From an uncultured Solirubrobacterales bacterium (GTDB lineage Bacteria > Actinomycetota > Thermoleophilia > Solirubrobacterales > 70-9), in the NCBI GenBank assembly GCA_963758845.1, contig CAVWWX010000001.1:45067-109066 (forward strand): DNA of 64,000 nucleotides, written 5' to 3'. Shown here in pieces: positions 43,653-52,126 of the stretch. The position numbers were made by a program, and so were the translations under genes. The notes beneath the pieces are model-generated. The model searched no databases. It had not been told where the DNA came from and saw only the letters and a list, made by a program, of their open reading frames with translations. Every line of letters starts with the position of its first letter. Position 1 is the stretch's first letter.

Positions 43653-45641
43653 ATGGACGCTGGCAAGGGGAATAGTGGACGCACGCCGCGATCGGGCATC
43701 GTCGCGAAGACGCTCGGCGCCGCTGCTCTGACCGCGTCCCTGGCGCTGCCGGCCGCCGCGCTCGCCCACGTCGAGCGCCCGAGCTACTGGCCCGACCCGG
43801 CCGCCGACACCGGCGTCACGCCTGCCGCGGGCGGCGAGGTGCCCGTGCCGCGGAGCCTCGACACCGCCCTCACCGGTCCCGACGACACGAATGTGGTCTG
43901 CAAGAAGAACTCGCTCGACCTGGTCAAGGAAGCCGTCAAGAAGGCGCGCGACAACGGCTACAAGATCCTGCCGACCGACGACAAGAAGAAGCTCAGCAAG
44001 AGCAAGGCCGGCGATCACAAGCGCCTGAACGCCGACCTGTTCGACGCCTGCGAGTACCGCAACATCCAAGAGGCGGTCACGGATTCGGGCAACAACGACC
44101 GGATCGTGGTGATGCCGGGGCACTACATCGAGCAGCCCTCGCGCGACGAGCTCACCGACGATCCCGCCTGCGACGAGTTCAAGCTGCCCGACGGCTCGGT
44201 CACCTACGAGTACCAGGTCAACTGCCCGAACGACCAGAGCCTGGTCTTCGTCCAGGGGCGCGAGGTCGGGGCGTCCGACCCGCCCAACCCGCCGCTCGAG
44301 GACCGTCACGGCATCCCCGACGAGGGCGACTGCGTTCGCTGCAACCTCCAGATCGAGGGCTCGGGGCTGAGGCCGAACGAGGTCCTCGTCGACGCCGCGA
44401 CCGATCCCAAGGACACCGAGCTGAAGGAGCTGGGCGTCCCCGAGAAGGACGTCGGCATCCGCGTCGACCGCGCCGACGGCTTCGTGCTGCGCAACATGAC
44501 CTTCGCCCACGCGCTCGAGCACGGCGTCTACGTGATGGAGACCGACGGCTTCCTTCTCGATACGACCAAGTACTTCTACAACGGCGAGTACGGCTCGCTG
44601 ATGTTCCAGACCGATCACGGCCTGGTGGACACCTGCGAGGGGATGGGCCACGGCGACTCGGCGATCTACCCGGGCGCGGCCGCGGACACGGGCGAGGACG
44701 CCGCCGACGACAGCCCCGAGTTCTACCCGGACGCGCCACGCACGTCGAACACGATGATGAACTGCGACATCCATCACAACACGCTCGGCTACTCGGGCAC
44801 GATGGGCAACGCGACCCGGGTCACCGAGAGCCGGTTCTGGGACAACGGCACCGCGATCACGACCGACTCGCTCGGCCCGGGCGGCCACCCTGGCTTCCCC
44901 CAGGACTCCGCCCGGTTCGACCACAACAAGATCTGGGAGAACAACTTCAACTCGTTCAAGGCGAACTCGGATGTGGTCCCTCGCGTGCCGGTCCCGGTCG
45001 GCGTCGGCATCTTCATCGCCGGCGGCAACAACAACGAGATCGACAACAACCGGATCTACGACAACTGGAAGCGCGGCACGATGCTGCTGACGCTGCCTGA
45101 TTCGCTGTTCGGGCGTGACACCGAGCTCAACTCGACCTCGCATCGCAACCGCTACCACGACAACGTCATGGGCGAGCGGCCGAACGGCACCGTCGACCCC
45201 AACGGCGTCGACTTCTGGTGGGACGCCGCGAACTCTTTCAACGACGGCGGGCAAGACATCATGACCAGCGGCGTCCAGGACAACTGCTGGTACGACAACG
45301 GCCCCTTCACGAGTGATCCCCCTCCACCCGACGTGCCGGGCACGAACGAGGGCGGGCGCCTCCCGGCCCTCTGCGACAACGACACCGACGATGCCACGGA
45401 CAGCTATCAGCTCCACTACCTGACCAAGCTGACCAGCGAGCTCCTGCCCTGCCAGGACGCGATCGGCGGCGGCGGATTCGACCCCGACGCGTGCCACTGG
45501 TTCCAAACGCCCCCGGAACCGCAGCCCGCCAAGACGTCGTCCGCCAGGCTCGAGCCCGCCCCCGCGGTGCGCGCGGTGGGGCTGGATTGCCGCCTGGTCG
45601 GCGACACGAAGACGTGCGCGGGCTTCACCGGCAGGCCCTGA
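43653..45641 (+). CDS. secreted right-handed parallel beta-helix repeat protein (copy A1)
   Basis: Signal peptide ...[20 protein letters not shown]; Cys-rich; PbH1-like repeats ([51 protein letters not shown]). Confidence 0.8.
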   Translation: MDAGKGNSGRTPRSGIVAKTLGAAALTASLALPAAALAHVERPSYWPDPAADTGVTPAAGGEVPVPRSLDTALTGPDDTNVVCKKNSLDLVKEAVKKARDNGYKILPTDDKKKLSKSKAGDHKRLNADLFDACEYRNIQEAVTDSGNNDRIVVMPGHYIEQPSRDELTDDPACDEFKLPDGSVTYEYQVNCPNDQSLVFVQGREVGASDPPNPPLEDRHGIPDEGDCVRCNLQIEGSGLRPNEVLVDAATDPKDTELKELGVPEKDVGIRVDRADGFVLRNMTFAHALEHGVYVMETDGFLLDTTKYFYNGEYGSLMFQTDHGLVDTCEGMGHGDSAIYPGAAADTGEDAADDSPEFYPDAPRTSNTMMNCDIHHNTLGYSGTMGNATRVTESRFWDNGTAITTDSLGPGGHPGFPQDSARFDHNKIWENNFNSFKANSDVVPRVPVPVGVGIFIAGGNNNEIDNNRIYDNWKRGTMLLTLPDSLFGRDTELNSTSHRNRYHDNVMGERPNGTVDPNGVDFWWDAANSFNDGGQDIMTSGVQDNCWYDNGPFTSDPPPPDVPGTNEGGRLPALCDNDTDDATDSYQLHYLTKLTSELLPCQDAIGGGGFDPDACHWFQTPPEPQPAKTSSARLEPAPAVRAVGLDCRLVGDTKTCAGFTGRP

Positions 45642-45994
45642 GGGCCGCCGCGCTGGCTTGCGCCCTGGGCGCGTTGGCGCTCGGGGCGGGCTGCGGGCCC
45701 GAGGACGACAGCTCGGCCGCCGGCGAGCCCGAGCTGCTGGGCGAGCGGCCGGGCAGGCTCACCTGCACCGAGTGGAACGCGGGCACCCCCGAGCAGCGCC
45801 GGGGCACGATCGACCAGCTCACCATGCTCGCCGGGGCCAATGCCAACCCCGAGGAGGTCGGCCCAAACCGCACCCTCTCTGACGAGGACGCCTACGAGGC
45901 GCTCGACACGACCTGCTCGCGCAACCTCGCCCGCGGCTTCCTCCTCTACGAGATCTACAACCGAGCGGCTGCGTTCTCGTTCGAGGAGTCCTAG
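45614..45994 (+). CDS. small putative lipoprotein (copy B1)
   Basis: GTG 45614, 28 nt inside the A1 3' end; [27 protein letters not shown] lipobox-like; paralog of 46008-46409. Confidence 0.6.
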   Translation: MRGLHRQALRAAALACALGALALGAGCGPEDDSSAAGEPELLGERPGRLTCTEWNAGTPEQRRGTIDQLTMLAGANANPEEVGPNRTLSDEDAYEALDTTCSRNLARGFLLYEIYNRAAAFSFEES

Positions 45995-46007
45995 GGCGCG
46001 GCTGGGC

Positions 46008-46409
46008 TCAGCTCTCGCCCTCGGCGATGTCCTGGAGCGGCTTGAACGCGGCGGCGCGCGCGTACATCACGTGCAGCCGGTAGCCCAGCGCCCTCGCCTC
46101 GTCGCACCCGTTCTCGAAGACCTCCATCGCCTCGTCGTCGCTGAGCGCCGAGGCGGCGACGCCCGCGTCCTCGCGGTTCACCTGGCTGCGGATGTCCTCG
46201 ATCGTCGCGAGCTTCTGCTCCTCGCTCGCGGCGACCCAGTCCCGGCACTGCACCAGCTGCGCGACCGACCCGCCGAGCTCCTGGCCGACCGGTTCGGCCT
46301 CCTCTTCGTCGCCGGCGCCGCAGCCCGTCGCCGCCAGCGCCACGATCAGCGCCAGGCAGGCGGAGGCCGAAGCCGCGCGGCTAGGGCGTCGGCCCGAGAT
46401 CGACCTCAC
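46008..46409 (-). CDS. small putative lipoprotein (copy B2)
   Basis: GTG 46409 behind GGGAG, 29 nt inside the A2 3' end; ...CLALIVALAATGC lipobox; shares C.[DE]W...LSD[ED][ED]A...RAAAF with B1. Confidence 0.7.
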   Translation of the reverse strand: MRSISGRRPSRAASASACLALIVALAATGCGAGDEEEAEPVGQELGGSVAQLVQCRDWVAASEEQKLATIEDIRSQVNREDAGVAASALSDDEAMEVFENGCDEARALGYRLHVMYARAAAFKPLQDIAEGES

Positions 46410-48552
46410 CGGCCAGCTCCCGGTAGTACTGGGTGATCCGCTGCGCCTCGGGCGTCTTCGCCAGGGCGCGCATCGTCTGCTCCTGGGCGCGCTGATCGGC
46501 GCGGGCCGCCGTCGAGCCAGGCTGCGAGGGCATCTCGTACCAGTAGCAGCCCCCGTCGCCGGCGGTGCCGCTCTCCCACTCGGCGAAGCACTCGAGCAGC
46601 AACACGCCCTTGGCGCCGTAGACGGGGGAGCCGGTGCTCGTGGTGCAGTCCTCGGGCAGGAAGCCGGGCGTCGAGGTCCCCGCCATCGGGTCCAGCGGCG
46701 GGTCGCCGGTGAGGCTGGCGCGGGTGCCGTCGGGCCCGGTGTTGTCGGGCCAGCAGTTGCCGTCGTTGGTGGGAAACTCGTCCCACCAGAAGTCGACGCC
46801 GTTCGGGAGCTGGTCCGGTGCGTCGCCGCCGGTCAGCCCGGTCTGGTTGCCGAACTTGGTCAGCCCGGGGTGTCGCTTGAAGGCGCTCGGTACCTCGCCC
46901 ATCCGGTTGCCGGCGTAGCGGTTGTCGCATGAGGTCGACGCGGAGCCGTCGCCTGACGGGAAGCCGTCGACCGGCGCCACGAGGCAATGGATCTCGCTGT
47001 CGACGTTCCCCTCGGCCTCGCCGGCGAGCTCGTCGGGGATCGCGACCAGCAGCGTGCCGTGACGCCAGTTGTCGAACACCCGGTTGTTCGCGAAGACGCC
47101 GTCGTTCATCCCCGGCCACATGATCCCGGTGCCGATCGCCTGCGGTACCAGCGGCTCGAACTCGTTCTCGGGGTCGTAGACGTCGAGGTTGTTCGAGTAG
47201 AACCAGTTGTTGTCGACCTTCATCCCGTCGGACGGGAAGCCAGGGTGCCCCGGCGCCGAGATCGTGTCGCTGGTGAGGCCGTTGGCGTTGCCGTAGAAGC
47301 GGTTCTGCGTGACCCGCACCGAGTTGCCCATGGACCCGGAGTAGCCCATGGACGAGCCGTGGAGGTCGCACTTCTTGATCACCGTGTTGTAGCGCTCGTC
47401 CGGGTAGAACGACTCGTCGCGGAACTCGCCGGTCTGCGGCGCGGCGCCCGGATAGACCACCGCGTCGCCGGAGCCGAATCCGTCGCACCGCTTGACCACG
47501 TTGTGGTCGGTGGTGAAGGAGAGGTGGCCGTAGTCGGCGTTCCAGAAGAACTTCACCTTGTCGAGCAGGATCCCGTCGGTCTCCTCGGTGTAGAAGCCGT
47601 GCTCCTTGGCGCCGCGCATGAGGAAGTTGCGGCCGACGAACCCGTCCGAACGGTCGGTGCGCATCACGACGTGCTTCGCGTAGCAGGGGTTGGCGGGACC
47701 ATCCTCGGCCGCCAGGCATTCCTCGGCCGGGGTATCGCCGCCGGGACGGGCGCCGGGCTTGTCGGGATCTAGATAGCCCTTGCCGGCGTCCAGCAGTACG
47801 TCCTCGGGCCGCACGCCCGAGCCCTCGATCTGAAGGTTGCAGCGGATGCAGCGGCCAAGCTCCTGCTCGGGGATGCCGTGGCGATCGGGATCCGGGGTGG
47901 CGAGCGGCTCGCCCTTCACGGCCCGGCCCTGGACGTAGATCAGGTTCTGGTCGTTGGGACAGGTCGCCTGGTACTCGTAGCGACGGCGTCATCGCGCCCG
48001 ACTGGTCCTCCTGGAGCAGCGACGGATCGCACTGTGGGGTCGTTCACCGGCGACTTGCGCGAGCGCGGCTCCGTGTAGCGGCCGGGCATGATCACGATCC
48101 GGTCGTTGTTGCTGCGAGTCATCCACCGCCGCCTGGACGGCGTGGTAGCGGCAGCGGTCGGCGAAGGTGCGGTTCAGCTGCCGCATGTTCTCGGCCTTCT
48201 GCTCCCCGTACGTGGTCTTGGGCCGGCTGGGCCGCAGGCGGAAGCCGTTGGTCTCGGCGCGGTCGATCGCGCGCATCGCCAGCCGCAGCGACTCTTCGCC
48301 GCGCTCGCACACTACCCGCACGTCGCCCGGGCCCTGCCCGCTGACGGCCGAGGCCAGGCAGCGAGCCTTCGGGACCGCTCCGCCTGCGGCCGGGGAGACC
48401 GAGGTGTCGGGGGCGGGATCAGGCCAGTAGGAGGGACGCTCGAGGTGGCCGAGGGCGATCGCGGGGAGCGCGAGCGAGGCCGCGACCATGGCCCCGGCGA
48501 TGGTGGGCCGGCGCGCCGTCGGTCGCCTCTTGTCGCTGGTCCTACCCCTCAC
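46381..48552 (-). pseudogene. secreted parallel beta-helix protein (copy A2), three +1 frameshifts near 48114, 48035 and 47984
   Basis: GTG 48552 behind GAAGGAGA; ...[20 protein letters not shown]; homology to A1 moves through frames 0, 2, 1, 0 (NNDRIVIMPGRY / QCDPSLLQEDQ / RYEYQATCPNDQ). Confidence 0.8.
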
Positions 48553-48760
48553 GCTGCGTCTCCTTCGTCGGTCTGCCCCGTTTGCCCCGCGGCGCTGGGC
48601 CGCTGGAGGGCCGGGCGACCCTAACAACGGGTTTTCCCGCGCGCGCCGGTTCCCCGCGTCGAGCGGCGGCCGCCATCCGGCCTGAGGGTCGCTTAACCCG
48701 AACTCAACGTTTTCGCGCGAGATCTGGCTTCAAAGAGCCATTTGTGGGAACGGTTGTGCT

Positions 48761-48790
48761 TTGACACCCCGCTCTGACCGGTGCTAGGTT
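48761..48790 (+). promoter_or_regulatory. candidate promoter of the mce cluster
   Basis: TTGACA (48761-66), 18 nt, TAGGTT (48785-90), 62 nt upstream of GTG 48852. Confidence 0.35.
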
Positions 48791-48851
48791 CGCCTCGCGC
48801 CCGGGGGAACGCGCAAGGTCAAGCCTACGACGTGTACGGGTACGGGAGATA

Positions 48852-50290
48852 GTGAAAGGATCAACTGCCTTCGGCAGGATCGCTGCGCTGGTGGCGCTGG
48901 GAGTCGCCGTCGTGGCCGTCGTGCTGCTCCTGAGCGACGGTGACAAGCCCTACCAGGTCACCGGCGAGTTCGAGAGCGCCAGCCAGCTCGTGCCCGGGAA
49001 CGAGGTGATCGTCGGCGGGGTCGCGGCCGGCTCGGTGAAGGAGATCGAGCTCGGCGAGGATGGCCAGGCCCTGGTGACCTTCACGGTCGACGATGCCTAC
49101 GCGCCGCTTCGCCGGGGCACCGTCGCAACGGTTCGCTCCTACTCCCTGTCCGGCGTCGCCAACCGCCAGGTCCAGTTGACCATCCCCCCGAGTTCCGAGG
49201 GGGAGAGGAGATCCCGTTCGGCGGCAAGCTCAGTCAGTCCGAGACCGTCTCCGAGGTCGACCTCGACGAGATCTTCAACACCCTCGACAAGCAGACCGTC
49301 GCCGACTTCAAGCGCGTGATCCAGGGCTTCGACCAATCCTACGCCGGGGTCTCTGAGCAGGCCAACGCCGGCACCAAGTACGCCAACCCCTTCCTCTCGA
49401 CCTCCCGCGGCCTGTTCAGCGAGCTCACCTACGACGAGCGCGCCCTGGAGCGCCTGATCGTCGACACCTCAAAGCTCTCCGGCGCCCTCGCCGAGCGCTC
49501 CCCCGACATCTCGGCCCTGGTCGGAAACCTCGACCAGATGATGGGCGCGATCGGCTCTGAGAAGCTGGCCCTCGGCGACGCGGTCTCGAAGTTCCCCGAG
49601 TTCATGCGCGACGCCAACACCACCTTCGTCAACCTCCGCGCCGCGCTCGATGACGTCGACCCCCTGGTCGAGGCCTCAAAGCCCGCCGCCCAAGAGCTGC
49701 AGCCGTTCATGGCGAGCCTGCGGGTCGCGGTCGCAGACGCGGTGCCGACGATCAAGGACCTCGACCAGATCGTCCGCCGCTCGGGTCAGGACAACGACCT
49801 CGTCGAGCTCACCCGCGACCAGGTCGGCCTCGCCCGCAAGGCGATCGGCTCCGGCGCCCCTGACTGCGGCGGCGGCGACGACCTCTCCGACCCCGCCAAC
49901 GGCGCCGGTGACGGCGACTTCTCCCAGGGCGCCTTCGGCGAGTCCGCCTGCGCCCTCGCGAACGGCACCCCGACCCTGGCGATGTTCCGCCCCTACGCGC
50001 CGGAGCTGGTGGGCTGGTTCGACGACTTCTCGCACCCGGGCACGTTCGATGCCCTCGGCGCCGTCGGCCGCATCGGCACCTCCTTCAACCAGTTCTCCGT
50101 CTCCGCCGCCGGCGTGCCCAACCTCGGCGAGCCCGCCAGCCCCTCCGAGGCCTTCGTCCAGAGCGACCTCGACGAGAAGTGCCCCGGCGCCGAGGAGCGC
50201 CCGCTTCCCTCCAACCTCGGCGATGGCGGCAACCCGTTCGTCGAGGCCGGCGTCAACTGCGACCCCGACGACGTGCTGGACGAGCCATGA
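48852..50290 (+). pseudogene. Mce/MlaD-family protein 1 of 6, -1 frameshift at a G-run near 49199-49207
   Basis: N-terminal TM segment plus MCE domain (YQVTGEFESASQLVPGNEVIVGGVAAGSV) in frame 0; continues EEIPFGGKLSQSETVSEVDLDEIFNTLD in frame 2. Confidence 0.8.
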
Positions 50291-52122
50291 GGCGGATCGG
50301 CTTCATCGCAACGCTCGTGGCCACCGTCGCCGCCGTCTTCGCCGTCTCGGCGCCCGCCGACGACGAGCGCACCTACCTGATCGAGATGTACAACGCCTTC
50401 GGCATCGTCGAGGGCTCGGATGTCCGCGTGGCGGGGGTCAACGCCGGCGCCGTCACCGCGCTGGACGTGAACTCCAGGAAGCGCGCGGTCGTCGAGGTCT
50501 CGCTCAGCGGGCCGCTGGCCGTGCTGGGCGAGGACACCACCTGCGCCACCGAGCCGCAGTCGCTGATCGCGGAGTACTTCATCGACTGCCAGCCCGACGG
50601 GCCGGAGATCGAGTCCAGCGGGGACCCCGAGGACCCCGACGTGCCCGCCGAGGCCGTCAGCCAGACCGTTCAGAACGACCTCGTCAACAACACGCTGCGC
50701 GAGCCGTTCAAGCGCCGGCTCCAGCTGCTGATCAACGAGTTCGGAACGGCGCTGGCCGGCAACTCGGAGAACCTCAACGAGGCGATCCGGCTGGGCGCCC
50801 CCGCCCTGACCTCGCTGGAGAAGGTGCTGGATGTCATGGGCGACCAGAACTCGATCATCCGCGACCTCAACGTCGACTCGGACAAGATCATCGGCCGCCT
50901 CACCGCGCGCCGTGACGACGTGGTCAAGTTCATCCAGGAGGCGCGCGACACAGCCGCCGCCTCGGCCGAGCGCCGCGACGACCTTTCGACCGACTTCGCG
51001 CTGCTGGACGACTTCCTGGCCGAGCTCAACCCCACCCTCGTCGAGCTCGAGGCGATGGCGGGCGCCAGCACCCCCGTGTTCTCCGACCTCCGGGCGTCCG
51101 CACCCGGCCTGAACGAGCTGGTCACGAGCCTGCCGGGCTTCAACCAGGCGACCGAGCGCTCGCTCGACAGCCTGGGCGAGGCGGGGGTAGTGGGCCAGCG
51201 GGCCCTCCGCCGCGGCAAGGAGGAGATCGACGCTCTCGCTGAGTCCGGCAGGAACGCGACCTCCGTCGGCGAGATGCTGGCGGACCTCTTCCGCGACCTC
51301 GACGACCCGGATCGGGCCATCGAGGTCGATCAGCGCGCCGCCGACCGCACGAACCGTGACTCCCCCACCGGGTACACGGGCCTCGAGGGCCTCCTCAACT
51401 ACGGCTACTACCAGGCCGCCTCGACCAACCAGTTCGACGACGTCGGGCACCTGCTCCAGTTCAGCCTGTACTACATCTTCTCCGGACCCTGCGGCGAGTG
51501 GACAGCGGGCCGCAACCCCTCGACCGGCGAGATCGAGCTGCCGAACAAGGCTGGTGGGACCACGTCCAACCCGACGCTCACGGGATCCCCGGCGAACCAG
51601 ATCGCGAACTGCGTCGGCTGGCTTGGCCAGAACCAGCCCGAGCTCACCGCCGGCGACGACCTGCCGGGCCTCGGCCTCTACGACCAGGCGGTCTGCGACA
51701 CCGACGACGACGGCGACTACAGCGAGGTCAAGCCCGCCCAGGCCGTCTCGCTGTGCGAGCCGATCGGCTCGGGCAAGGCCGGCGACGGCGATTCGGCGAC
51801 TCAGCGCCGTGGCGGCGCCGCTGGCGGCAACGGCGGCGGCCTGCCGGGCGGCGGGCTGCCGGGCGGCGGGCTGCCCGATCTGCCCCTGCCGGGCGGCGGC
51901 AACCTCCCCAACGACCTCGACGACCTGCTGGATCTGCCGCCCAACGTGATCAACGGGCTCCCGGACCGCCTTCAGGACCGCCTGGAGGACCTCCGCAACG
52001 GCCTCGGCGGGGGCGGCGGCGGGGGCGGCGGCGGTGGCGGCGGTGGCGGCGGGGGAAGCGGCGGCGGCGGTGGCGGCGGCGGCGGCGCGGGCGACCTCCT
52101 CGACTACCTCCTGGGGCCGTGA
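50287..52122 (+). CDS. Mce/MlaD-family protein 2 of 6 with Gly/Pro-repeat C-terminus
   Basis: ATG 50287 overlaps the previous TGA; TM segment plus YLIEMYNAFGIVEGSDVRVAGVNAGAV; tail GGGLPGGGLPGGGLP and a 27-residue Gly tract. Confidence 0.85.
   Translation: MRRIGFIATLVATVAAVFAVSAPADDERTYLIEMYNAFGIVEGSDVRVAGVNAGAVTALDVNSRKRAVVEVSLSGPLAVLGEDTTCATEPQSLIAEYFIDCQPDGPEIESSGDPEDPDVPAEAVSQTVQNDLVNNTLREPFKRRLQLLINEFGTALAGNSENLNEAIRLGAPALTSLEKVLDVMGDQNSIIRDLNVDSDKIIGRLTARRDDVVKFIQEARDTAAASAERRDDLSTDFALLDDFLAELNPTLVELEAMAGASTPVFSDLRASAPGLNELVTSLPGFNQATERSLDSLGEAGVVGQRALRRGKEEIDALAESGRNATSVGEMLADLFRDLDDPDRAIEVDQRAADRTNRDSPTGYTGLEGLLNYGYYQAASTNQFDDVGHLLQFSLYYIFSGPCGEWTAGRNPSTGEIELPNKAGGTTSNPTLTGSPANQIANCVGWLGQNQPELTAGDDLPGLGLYDQAVCDTDDDGDYSEVKPAQAVSLCEPIGSGKAGDGDSATQRRGGAAGGNGGGLPGGGLPGGGLPDLPLPGGGNLPNDLDDLLDLPPNVINGLPDRLQDRLEDLRNGLGGGGGGGGGGGGGGGGGSGGGGGGGGGAGDLLDYLLGP
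52006..52092 (+). repeat. coding (GGN)n microsatellite (G17-S-G9-A-G)
   Basis: ggc/ggg/ggt codon run inside the 3' end of mce gene 2. Confidence 0.9.
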
Positions 52123-52126
52123 CCCG

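Noticed and set aside
48553-48851. Possible yrbE/MlaE permease genes upstream of the mce cluster
   Set aside because: The interval is only 300 nt and contains just a 60-aa Arg-rich ORF (48582-48764). It has no hydrophobic multi-TM protein.
52006-52092. Possible CRISPR or other non-coding repeat array
   Set aside because: It is an in-frame (GGN)n tract inside an mce gene. There is no repeat-spacer organisation here or anywhere else in the window.
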